DNA of 61,331 bases, counting the filler, from Bipalium vagum (Eukaryota), in NCBI GenBank assembly GCA_037834085.1. It is 3 parts of 3 records of this genome, joined end to end, with 100 filler letters (N's around TTAATTAATTAA, not from the genome) between each part and the next. Parts side by side here need not be neighbours in the genome. Positions count along the whole stretch, not along the records: positions 44,949 to 61,331 come from JBBMKC010114084.1; 2 more parts are not named here. One strand, written 5' to 3'. Below are positions 50,145-61,331 of the stretch, one piece after another; position 1 is the stretch's first letter, and every line of letters starts with the position of its first letter. Under the pieces are notes generated by a model, which saw only the letters and a program-made list of their open reading frames with translations, did no database searches and was not told where the DNA came from. The translations under genes were made by a program, and so were the position numbers.

Positions 50145-50332
50145 AGTGGAAATGGAAAATTTAACAAAGGGTTGCTCATGAATGCCGGATTCCTTGAAGC
50201 AATGAAACTCTGGAAATTTGACTGTATCATGTTCCATGATGTAGACTTGATCCCAGAAAATTTCAATATTCCTTATAATTGCTCCTTACAGCCAATGCAC
50301 ATCAGCGTTAGTGTAGACACCTTCAATTACAA
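50145..50332 (+). CDS. GT7 transferase exon containing the DVD metal-binding motif
   Basis: tag|SGNGKFNKGLLMNAGFLEAMKLWKFDCIMFHDVDLIPENFNIPYNCSLQPMHISVSVDTFNYK|gtaagt. Confidence 0.95.
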
Positions 50333-50443
50333 GTAAGTGGATTCTTTAATCTTGATGGAAATGTTTCATTGTACCAGACTAGTACATAACAGAATGAAAG
50401 AGTTATTTTCAATAAACAGATTGACATGAACATAATTCTTAAG

Positions 50444-50566
50444 ACTCCCTTATTCGTATCTTGTTGGAGGGGTATTAGTGATGAAACCAAATCAGTTTCT
50501 TCTGCTTAATGGTTACTCAAATCTGTATTGGAATTGGGGAGCCGAAGATGATGATCTTTATATCAG
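50444..50566 (+). CDS. GT7 transferase exon containing the WxWGxEDDD motif
   Basis: aag|LPYSYLVGGVLVMKPNQFLLLNGYSNLYWNWGAEDDDLYI|gt; phase matches the previous exon. Confidence 0.95.
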
Positions 50567-51559
50567 GTGGAAATCATGATAAAAATATTTTTATATTGTA
50601 TTGTAATCTTATTTATTTTTAATTTAAATAACGAAATGTATTTAAAGTTCTCTTTAGTCTGTAAAATATAATTTTCAAACATGAAAATTCAGAGATCTGG
50701 AGACTAAAGTTGGTTTTGAGCAAAAATTTCTTGTAATTTTATCATGTTATTTTTCAATAAATTTTAAAATAATTATAAAAAATCATAACTGAAGTACATT
50801 ATTACATGAAGTATCTGTTAAAAATATTTTAGATTAAATTAAAATGTTATGAAGCGTGAGTGCTTATTTCACTTTTGATAACTGAAAGAACCTCTCTCTG
50901 AATATTGTCAATTTTATAAATTACAGTTTTAGACCTTCAGGGTTCGTACTTTAAACATGAATAAAAAGCAACAGTGAGCTAAAGGAATCTAATTGTAAAC
51001 TTCGTTACTTCATAAACCAAATAATTAGAAAGCTTTTGTTTTGAATTTTTTAAGATAAAACTATATAAGGCATAATGACATATTACAAGGATCATAAATT
51101 TGTTATCTTCATATACCAAATTTTCTTTAGTCTATATTAAAGATGTCAGGGTTGGACAGCATAATCAAACAATAAGGCTCAATTTGTAATGTTTATTTCA
51201 TTTTACTGAGAAAAGGTACAAAAATATTTTATAACTAAATCATTATTTTCTATTTATATTCATAATTTAATTAATTAAAAGTAATATTATTTCATTACAA
51301 AATATATTATAAATCGTTAAAAACTGTGTAAATTTATATTTAAACAAACTTATGATTTTTTTTATTTTAAATCATTAATTTCAATTGTATTTAATTTTCT
51401 AATTTAATATTTTTAATTAAATTATTGATCTTAAACACTAAAAAATGGATTTGGTAATATCATTAGGTTTATATTTTATTATACCATATTACTAATCAAT
51501 ATAATATAATCTTTATTATATTACATATTATCAAGTAACCATGAAAATTCGTACGGGTT

Positions 51560-52300
51560 TTTGCATGAATATATTAAAAATCAAACAAACACTAATAAAT
51601 GATGTTAAATTAAATTTTATTCATTAAAATAATCGCTATAACAATCAATAACACTTTTTAATGAGAAACAAGTTTATAAATACCATCTTTATAAAATGAC
51701 GAATTTTTTGAGGAGACAAATTTACTAACTTCCACTTTAATTTCCTTTCTTTTTTTGAATTACCAAATTTGCGAAAATTATTTTTAAAGACGAAAAAGAT
51801 ATGTTAGTTTGTAGAAGATATATCAGGAGAAAATATTAGGTGTTATAATTTTCCATTTATTTTACTCCCAGGTGAGTTTTGTTAACAATACAAATTTATT
51901 TTTATGAATTAGACATAATTTTCATTGTCTGGAAACTCGTGGTGAGTGGTACCTATTACATTCCACCATGCGCAAAGCATGATCTTTGAAATATGATTTT
52001 TGTTCTTGGAGTGTGTAGTATGCGATCTTTTGATGACAACCAATAATTACTTCGCCTTTTATTGATGAAGTAAATTTATTTTTCATCTCAAATAACCAAG
52101 AAGTCCATGAATGGTGTTTCACCATATTGTGAAAGATGAGAAAACCATATTGTCAATCTATGAACTTTGTTCTCCTTCGTTAATAGTAAATGAGATCTAT
52201 TTGGTTAGTTTCTATGATTTTCCAATACAATGCAAATGAGTAAATTTCGACACTTATTCCTTTTTTATTTTAAGATGGATAAGTGTTCAAATTACATTCA
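51560..52300 (-). mobile_element. Degraded mariner
   Basis: Remnants HALRMVECNRYHS (MLcvWW...GII-like), HLIFSPDISSTN, FYKDGIYKL...GDYFNE*-like end. Confidence 0.55.
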
Positions 52301-53269
52301 AAAAGAGTTATAAAGCTTATGCATAAGATGCTTTGTCAGCAGAGATGATGCTAAGATGATTTCTGAAATTCAAAAAATAGAATTTTGTTTTGAAGATTTT
52401 TAATTTCAATCTTTCTTGTTGTGATAGTGTTATTTTGCAGTAGATCATAGTCCATAATCATAGCCTAAATGCTTCAAAGATGACAGAAATACTCTAGATA
52501 CAACGAGTAACATTCAAGCTAATATAAAAAGAATAAAAATGAAAAATATTTCTTAAGAAAATGAATATTAGTGAATGTGAATAATTTTTTCATCATTTCT
52601 CTTAGACAACACTTAAAATTATAACCTTTTCGTATTCATTTTCAGCCGATTTAACAATTTTTTGCTTTAAAAAATATGTATATTAATAATAAATAATTTA
52701 TTATAATAATAAAATTTACTTCACTAAGAAAGACAGGAATACTTTTAATAAGATTATATCGCTAATTCATGTTAAAACCGCAACTGAGAGAGAGAGATTA
52801 GACAATATTTTGTCCGTAAATCATCAGAGACTAATAGAATAAAAGGTGCGTATAACGTAGGCGAGTTATTTACTTTTAAGATTTCGCTGTAGAATATATT
52901 CCTCAGGCTCCATAACTGAGAAAAGTGGTTTCAAAATACAGCTATTTTCGTTCAAGTAAAAATAATGCAATTCTTTAAAGAACACAATACGTCACAATCC
53001 AAAAATCTACAGACAGTTAAATCCTTGACCAATTAGTCTCAAGTAATTTACGTTTACGACTAAACGGTTTTGGTCTTTCCCCTAATCCCACCTTTAGAAA
53101 GATTTTAATTATACTCCTCATTCATTATATGGAAGAGTGAGTTTTGAATGAATAAACTTTGGTATGTCTCAAAATCCTCCTCTAAAAACGAGTGAAAGTT
53201 ATTTGTTGGAACAATCAAGTAAAATATTCGATAAATTTTTAAATTTTTTTATGAAGAGAAAATACCTCA

Positions 53270-53920
53270 CTTCTCAATGAAATTTAAAAAAATTATTTGA
53301 AAGAAATTCCTTCAATTGTTAAAAAAATAATCGTTTTTCATCAAAGCCATTGGGTTCATTATTGGAATCATTTGTGATTTTAATAAAAGGAAAACCCTAT
53401 CATATTATTAAGTGTTCATAGAGATCACTTTAGGGTTACCAAAGTGTCGAAAATTTTCTCCAGTTTCCCAAAGATTTGTGAATAGGAACGTTATCATGAA
53501 GTAAAAAAAAATTTTAAAAAAAGACCAAAAGTTAGAGATTAGAATTTATGATTTCTTCAAAAAAATCTAGCTTCATTATGCCTTTTCTATCCAAAAAGAC
53601 GATCAGCATGGTACATTTCGATTAGAACTTCCCAGATGCAAGACTGTAGATGGATTCTCATTTTGGAGCTCGAGTAATGTTTTGTTCTTTTTTTACAATT
53701 TCTTTAAAATTTGTAATAATTTCTTCATTAATTTCGGAAGTTTTTCCATTTTTGGATACTTGATAAACACTTGTTCGACCAGTTATAAATGGACGTCTCA
53801 AATGTGGCTTCTTCATCGTATATACCTTTCAGCTCATTAATAATTTCCTGCTTAGTAGATTCCTTCAGTAGCAAAAACCGGATCAAACTTTGAATTCTAC
53901 ATTTTCAAACATTTTTTTAC
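53270..53920 (-). mobile_element. Degraded mariner
   Basis: VEFKV*SGF / RPFITGRTS helix-turn-helix region; MLIVFLDR; FMITFLFT (HDN region). Confidence 0.5.
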
Positions 53921-55240
53921 ATTTGGTCATATCTAGTGGAAACAAAAATTAGAATATTTAAACAAGTCATATATTTCATACTTATATATGATTATTATTT
54001 TATGTGCAAAATGTTATTTAAATGTATTATTATTTCTGGTAGTCTAAGTACTTTTTAGTTTTAAAACGTGTATATTCGATAAATCTCTCTTTGTGATATC
54101 CACAAATTAATAAAAAGGTTCAAAATTTACAAATGAAATGGAAATAATCTTCAGTGAAGGGATGTCTTTTCTATTATGAGAATCACCATTTCCCACTGGA
54201 GTATATGGAAATCAGTCATATAAATAATAATGAAATTATGATAACAGTATTCAAAGAATATTTCATGTTGTTTTTCAGTGTAAGCTGTTCACAGTACAAA
54301 GAGCTTGGCAACGGAACTTCATAAAACTTTATGTAAAAATTCTAAACAAATCCATTTAGACAATTACACAACTGTTATTTTTTATATTTTCATATATTTT
54401 GGTATAAATTGTATAAATGGTTTACGTAATTGTTTTTTATTTGGATCACATTCTAATATTCTTGTTCAATTATATAAGATCAATTTCGAAGAGCATTAAA
54501 AAATGATTGGAAGTTGGAAAAAAGAATTATATTTTTAAATATAATTATTTTAATTTTTTTGTTAATATTTATGATTATTTTTTCCATTAATAATTTTATT
54601 TTTTTACATAATTTCGTTTGGATTTATTGTTTATGTTATTTTTGGGACTTAAACTTTTATCTTATAAATTAAAATAATTACTATTTTACCCACAGAATAA
54701 TTAAGTATTAATATTAATTATCTGACGGATGCAGTAATTAAATTTCTAATTTTTATATAAATAAATGAAAAAGAATTATTTATCAATCTCACAATATTTT
54801 TAGAAATATGACAACTATTTCCTAACCACTGGATCCTAAATATTGAGTCTTAATGATAAATTATAATAATTTGATGGCTACAGTTATTGATCCAGATCAA
54901 GATTAAATATTAAATTAATTAGAAAATTTCTCAATATTTATGAATGATAAGTGAATAATTTACACAATTGGAGAGAGATCGTAATAAAATTTCATATTTT
55001 TACATTAATATCGTTAATTAGACATTTTATGAATATTTTTTAAAAAAGTGAACAATTATCTCTTCTCTGTGGAAAACATTTTTTAAAACTTTAACATATT
55101 TTGTGGTAACCTTTCGATTTGATCCGAGCTGAATTCATACATTCAACAAATTTCGCAGTTTGATTTGAAATAGATTTAATTTAATAGTTAAACAAACCCA
55201 TACTATATACATTGTTTAAATATTGATATTTAATGGTTAA

Positions 55241-57017
55241 CCATGCTGTTTTCATCTCATTTACTCTCCATTGGTATATACATCGGGTCAATATGAACTT
55301 TAAAAATAAAAAATGAAGTAAAACAAAATCATTATAAAATATTTTTTTATTTATACATAAATACGATGCATGTTCTTAAATAAATATTCACCACAAGATT
55401 TACATACGATATTTATTTTATCGTATGTAATTAGGAGAGCAAATTCGACAACAAACACTCTTATTACTTACATTAAATGATTCTGATTCAACCATTAGAG
55501 TATCAAATTTAAACCTGACTCCAACTCTTAGGTGGTGCAAAATAACAAAAAATAATAAAGCAATAACTTATATTTATATCACAATAAATCACACTGATAA
55601 CACTTTCAAAAATCGTCCAACTCAACAAAAGGGGATCACAATAATATCTGAAATGTCTGAAAATATCTTGGGTAATCAATCAAACACAAATGTTCAATAA
55701 AAATCGATTTAATTAATTAAACAATATAAATACTTAAAGTTAATGTAATCAAAAATCAAACTTGAATAATAGTTAATATTATAGAATTTTAAAACAAAAT
55801 GATCAAAATAGAAAAAAACGATTTACGAGGTGGCTTCGTTCAAGCTTCCCGAACTATCAGCTGAGCCTTTAAGGTTGCTCAGAGATAGCCCTCTGGTGAG
55901 AAACCTGAACACAATATCAGTACTGAACACATTAAGAATATGTGTAGTCTCCGAATAATTGTTCTAGTATGCTTTGCAAATATCAGCTTCTTGACGACTT
56001 CCCAAAATCAATAATAATCTTTCTGATAATCATTAATCAACTTCTCGAACGTTTTTCCAAAAATAATAATCTTCAACTCTTCTGAAACTAATAACTTATT
56101 GGACATTTTCAAAACCAATAATAATACTCTGATTCTTGAATGCTTTTTGTTCGGCCAAATTAGAAAGAAATCCTTTTATAATATTCTGCTGTTGGGTATG
56201 TGTCTTGGTAAATTCAACACATTGGTAAAGTTTCTAAGGAAATTTTGATTTGTTTAACTTAGCGTGTATGGGTTTTGGCATTTCTGCAGGAAGTATATTT
56301 CTACCAGTTTTTGAGTTCCACAAACTATTAGTAGATTCCCTTGATTTATAAACCCTAGCTAATAGTAAAAGAATATGTAAGCTTGATAAAATAGTATATC
56401 CATATCTTTTCATTGTTCTCCATACATCCATTTTCCTACGATGTTTGACATCGACAAGACCTGATCCATCGCATGGTGAAAAAAAACACCAAAGAAACTC
56501 TTAACGTCTGTTATCCTTGTATAAATGTACTTAGTAATTCTAGCTTATTTTTAATTTTATTTCTTGCAGTCTGGTGGCCAAGTTTAATCGATAGCTTTGA
56601 ATTCCTGTCTTTTACTATTTTTTGATAATTTCAAGACATTTCACTCTATTTCTTCATCACCATTACTGTCGGAAAAATAGTTTTTAAAATTTCGTTGCTC
56701 ATATGATATTCCGTTTCAGAACAAGACTTATTACTTTCAGAAACATAAACTTAATTACTAAACTATATTTTTGTTTATTTAAAAAATTCATGTGTCAATT
56801 TTTAATTCCTATTGGGTCATATTGACCAGGTGTTACATAGATACAGTTAAAAATTACGTAAATAGTTAGCATACATAATAAAAATTTTTCAGTGTCACCG
56901 AAACTAAATTCAAAAAACGGACAAGCATTTCTCATCTGAAAAAAAATATTTTGAAATGTAACTAAATTTAATTTTAAAATTTGTTCTGGTCATATAGACC
57001 CGAGGAGAACAGCAGGG
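55241..57017. mobile_element. Non-autonomous piggyBac-like element (TTAA duplication) with unrelated internal sequence
   Basis: TTAA-CCATGCTGTTTTCATC... and ...GAGGAGAACAGCAGGG-TTAA are imperfect TIRs; subterminal GGGTCANATTGACC-type repeats at ~55284, ~56814 and ~56988. Confidence 0.7.
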
Positions 57018-58406
57018 TTAAAAAACGGAACTGTAATTTTAAAAATTTAATAGAATTTTTAGCATCTTAAATTTAAATCTATCACAGCCCCTCTCACTTA
57101 AAATAAAATTATTTGTATATTATTGATAACTCTTCATTTAGCGTTTCAGCAAACTGTTATCATATCAACATACTTGAACAGGTAACACAACCATAAAATA
57201 TCGACAAAGTAAGATAATAATTAATTATTCAAGAAAATAAAAAAAAAATTTTTTTAAATTATAAGAGTAAAAGTTTAAAGTATATTACAAGTATGTTTTT
57301 AAAGAACATTACAATAATTTTTAATGTCTAAATAAAATATGTAGTTTTGAAATAAAATCAAAGCCAGTAACAGTTTTATAAATTTAAAATTCTTCATATT
57401 TGACATATTTTGAAAGCTACAAATAAACACTTAGTTTAGATATTAAAATTTAGGAGCAACGTTCAAAAGCAATTAAGAATATACTTTGTTTTAAATATGA
57501 ATTATTGACAATTGTTCATTATGGATTTAAATAATATGGTTAATAAGAAATCAATAGCAAATTTTATGTAAGGAATGATATCTTTTTATTGATTTTTGAT
57601 TAATTAAATAAATTAATAACCAATACTTAAAATTTAAAATGTAATTTAGAAAAATATTGGATATTTCTTTTTGATTCTACTTAACTATTAATCACAAGAA
57701 CCCAAAAACTAAGCACTTTTAAAAGAAATACTGATTAGCTTTGTTAATTTGTTAAGTAAAAAAACTTAATAATAAAATGCTATTTTAAAGTTAAAATAAT
57801 TTTTTTTGAAAGACTGAAATATTCATTTAGTCTACGAACATCAAAATCCGAGGAGCACGCTTTCTTTTGAAGCCTGACATTTCGTTACTTATATGAAATG
57901 TGTATAGCTTGAATTATTAGAAGACAACAATGATTTCGTTAATTAAGAATAATTTTTCTTATATTGATCCTAAAATTTTCAAATTGATTTATGAGCTATT
58001 AAAATGCAATATTTTCTCAAAAAATCTAGATTTCCCAGAGAGAAAAGTTTCCAGTGAAATATAATCGCTATTACTATAGCCTCACATCTGATTTTCTTAT
58101 TTTTATTATATTTGTCAGTTAATTATCATGGATAGCTATTATTAAAAGATCTGACTGTCTTGCGGCGAATATCGAATAAACAATATCATACTTTCGTAAA
58201 ATCATAAAATGTAATCTGATAAGATTTGTCTATTAGTTTTAATAGAAGGAATAATTCAATTTCAGCAGCGCTATGAATATTGATAGGAATAAAAGTTAAA
58301 TTGATATCATTATAAAGCCTTAACTTTTTAAATTCTAATTATATTATATTGTAAAGACATTAAAACAAAGATGTATGCATTTTATTTAGTTTACATCAAT
58401 ATATAT

Positions 58407-58572
58407 NNNNNNNNNNNNNNNNNNNNNNNNNNNNNNNNNNNNNNNNNNNNNNNNNNNNNNNNNNNNNNNNNNNNNNNNNNNNNNNNNNNNNNNNNNNNNN
58501 NNNNNNNNNNNNNNNNNNNNNNNNNNNNNNNNNNNNNNNNNNNNNNNNNNNNNNNNNNNNNNNNNNNNNNNN
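58407..58572. other. Assembly gap (Ns)
   Basis: Direct reading; ORF calls across it are artefacts. Confidence 0.98.
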
Positions 58573-60949
58573 TAATAATATCATTAATATAATTAATATT
58601 AAAAATAATATTATTATTTTTATTTTTATTATTCTTATTATCATTATATATTTTTAAAATTATTTTTATGATAAAATTAAATATATTTTTGAGTAAAAAT
58701 AATTTTAAATTCAAGTGTTTCATTGAATTATACATATTTTAATAATGTAAATTTTATATAATAAAGTATATATTAATTATATAATAAATTTATATAATAA
58801 TAAAATTGGTAATAAATTGTTAATAATAAATTTAAAAAATATATTTTAATATTATTGATATTTTTTGGGAAATTATAGGTTATTTATGACTGAAGCTTTG
58901 TGGTAGAAAATATTAAAGGCTAGAAAAATTAGGATTGTATTAATTAATTAGAAGGAAAAATTAATATTTGATTATAGTGTTTCGATGCAAATATTTATTG
59001 TATTAATCGAAGTTTTTATTAAATCGACTGAAAAAAAAGGAATAAAAGGTTTTCCCTAGTATTTTTTATTAATTGCTTTTAACATATTTTAACAAATGAA
59101 CTCAATTAAAATTAAATATTTCTGCTTTCTTAACCAAATGTCACAATTTAATGCCATAGGGACTTAGTACCATCTCAAGGAGATTAGACAGTTCATATTT
59201 CACATTATTCAAAGATAATTCTGTAGACATGATAGACATAATTTCTCATTTAACATTAACAAAATGGAAATTAGAGAGAATAAAAATTCCATGGGTTTTT
59301 ATAAGATATTATTGTGGAGATCTTGTAAACTATTTGGAAAAAAACTACATTTCAGGAAAAAGACGAAAAATATTTTTCTAAAAATAATTATTTTATGATG
59401 CCAAAATAAATTATTTATTATCGAAATAAAATATAAAAAATTTCTGTATCATACTAATCAGAATTGTGACTATAAATTCATCGGTTTATTGATATCAGTA
59501 CTGTTAATAATAATATTTATACTTATTCGTAGATATTCTAAATAAAATATTTAATTGTTCTCCTTTGTTAATAGTTAATAGATTATCTCTGTATTATAGG
59601 TTATAAAACTAATTTTGTTAATTATTTATTTAATTAATAATAATTTATCACATTTTATAAATTAAATCTCACATTTAAAGTAGTAAATTTTAATAAATAA
59701 ATTTTTGTAAATTATATAGGAAATAATAAAATAAAAAAAATTGAGTCCATCTGGCAATATCATTATTAAAATAAAAGATTTTTCTAATAATTATAATTAT
59801 TACTAACAAAACAATACACTGTCATTTCTCTGATCATTTTTTCTCATTTCATTTCGATCTGATCACTTTTGTTTCTTTAAATTATGCTATTGTCAATTGA
59901 GAATATACATTTTTAAAACCAGAAGTTTAGAGGTGTGTTCTCATAGAATTTTAGAATTATTATATATCTTTTTCCTTATTCTTATTATTTTTTTGTATTT
60001 TTATGTTTTAATGATATTAAAAGTGAATAATTAGATATATGAATGTTTGTTAGAGATTATTTTTTTAACGAATGCTATAAAAAAATTATAATTTAATATA
60101 TTTGTTTAAATTAAATTATGTTCTTAAATTATTTCTTTGTATAATTAATATATTTTTTGAAAATTTTATAAATAATAATGTGGTTGCTCTATGTACCATT
60201 TAAATAATTGTACATATTATAATTTAAATATTTATAATATTCAATTTATGTATTATATAAATTCTAATTTTCGCTATAAATTTTAATAAGATTATAAGAT
60301 ATCGTTATTAAGTTGGAAAAATTATTATAAAAAAATGAAAGGAACTTATTAAAAAATTAGAGTTAAGATCATTCCGACATAAAAGTATTAATGAAGACCA
60401 AAGAGAAACTTCAATAATTTGCTTAAATGAACTGAAGACATCAAAACAAGTTTATACATTACCTCTCTGAAGTATTAAGAAGGTACTTACAATTTTAAAT
60501 ATTACATGAATAGATCTTATTCGTCAGGGGCTCTTTTTCCAAAAAAGTTTTTTCAGATTAAACAAATTATTATTATAATTATTATTTATTTTATGATTTT
60601 ATTATTATTATTATTATTATTTATTATTATTATCATTATAATTATTTTTATTATACAATTAAATTAATTAATTAAATTATTAATTATTTATTTTTATTAC
60701 ACTTAAAATTAAAATATAAATATTTAGAATTGTACAAATTAAAAATAGATCTCATATTTGAAGAAATAAAGTTAATTGATTATTGATGTCCAAAACCTTA
60801 ATTTAGAATAGCTTTACATGATTGTATGAACGATGAATAAAAATACCATTAATTATAGTATAAATTTATAAGTAGTGATATTTTAATAAATGCTTTGTTA
60901 AATTGCAATAAAAATTAAAATAATAAACAAATCCTTTTGGTTTTGGGTA

Positions 60950-61331
60950 GGAATTGACAATGAATTGTGTACCTGATCGATTCAATGGTTAAAAGAAATA
61001 AAAAGATTTTTTATTAAATCACAAAAATATTGTTCATTGTTTCAAAAAGAATAAAAACTAATATAAACAACTGTTTATTCAATGCTGTGGTCGCAAAACG
61101 AATATTGATCAGACAGAAGATTATCTTGAAATAAATTAAAAGTTAAAAAGGAGGAATAATTTGGAAAAATATAAAATTTTTCTTTTATTTTTTGAAATTA
61201 AAATAATGATTATTATACAAGACCTCACACGGCCAAGCATACCCTGGAAAAAAGTTCAAATTATGGATGGATTTTAATACCTCAACCAGCTTATAGTCCC
61301 GACTTGGCTCCTTCCGATTTCTACTTGTTTG
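60950..61331 (+). mobile_element. Mariner fragment running off the window
   Basis: TRPHTAK...GWILIPQPAYSPDLAPSDFYLF. Confidence 0.8.

Noticed and set aside
58371-58735. ORFs spanning Ns
   Set aside because: Artefacts of the assembly gap.

Overview
Very AT-rich animal genomic DNA (an invertebrate; the composition fits a planarian-like genome, but the species cannot be determined from the sequence). Bases 1-~14.1 kb are a three-level nest of decayed mobile elements whose junctions resolve to the base. (1) An outer Polinton/Maverick (adintovirus-like) on the minus strand carries a Zn-finger ORF, a giant-virus-type Zn-ribbon/HNH-like ORF, the major capsid protein and the pPolB N-terminus. (2) A Ty3/Gypsy LTR retrotransposon (1365-12199, AGTT...AACT ends, TCTTG duplication) is inserted in that capsid gene. 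(3) A second, related, internally deleted Polinton (1751-9202, TIRs, GTGGAC 6-bp duplication) is inserted in the Gypsy RNase H; it carries ZnF-PLA2-like-integrase, a Gly-rich core protein, pPolB, packaging ATPase and minor capsid remnants. The inner Polinton's genes are peppered with arrays of tiny C-GAA-G / C-AAA-G / C-TTC-G triloop DNA hairpins, which I consider the most unusual signal in the window. The rest is host gene space: five exons of the N-terminal kinase domain of an RSK (RPS6KA) gene (26251-41605, +) and, beyond an artificial scaffold gap, three exons of a GT7 beta-1,4-Gal/GalNAc-transferase (45043-50566, +). Introns and intergenic DNA hold many degraded mariner, Tc1, Merlin, Gypsy and piggyBac-type relics, a pogo/Tc2-type MITE, a tRNA-Ala-like pseudogene and (ATT)n microsatellites. 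All family assignments come from motif recognition by eye; no database search was run.
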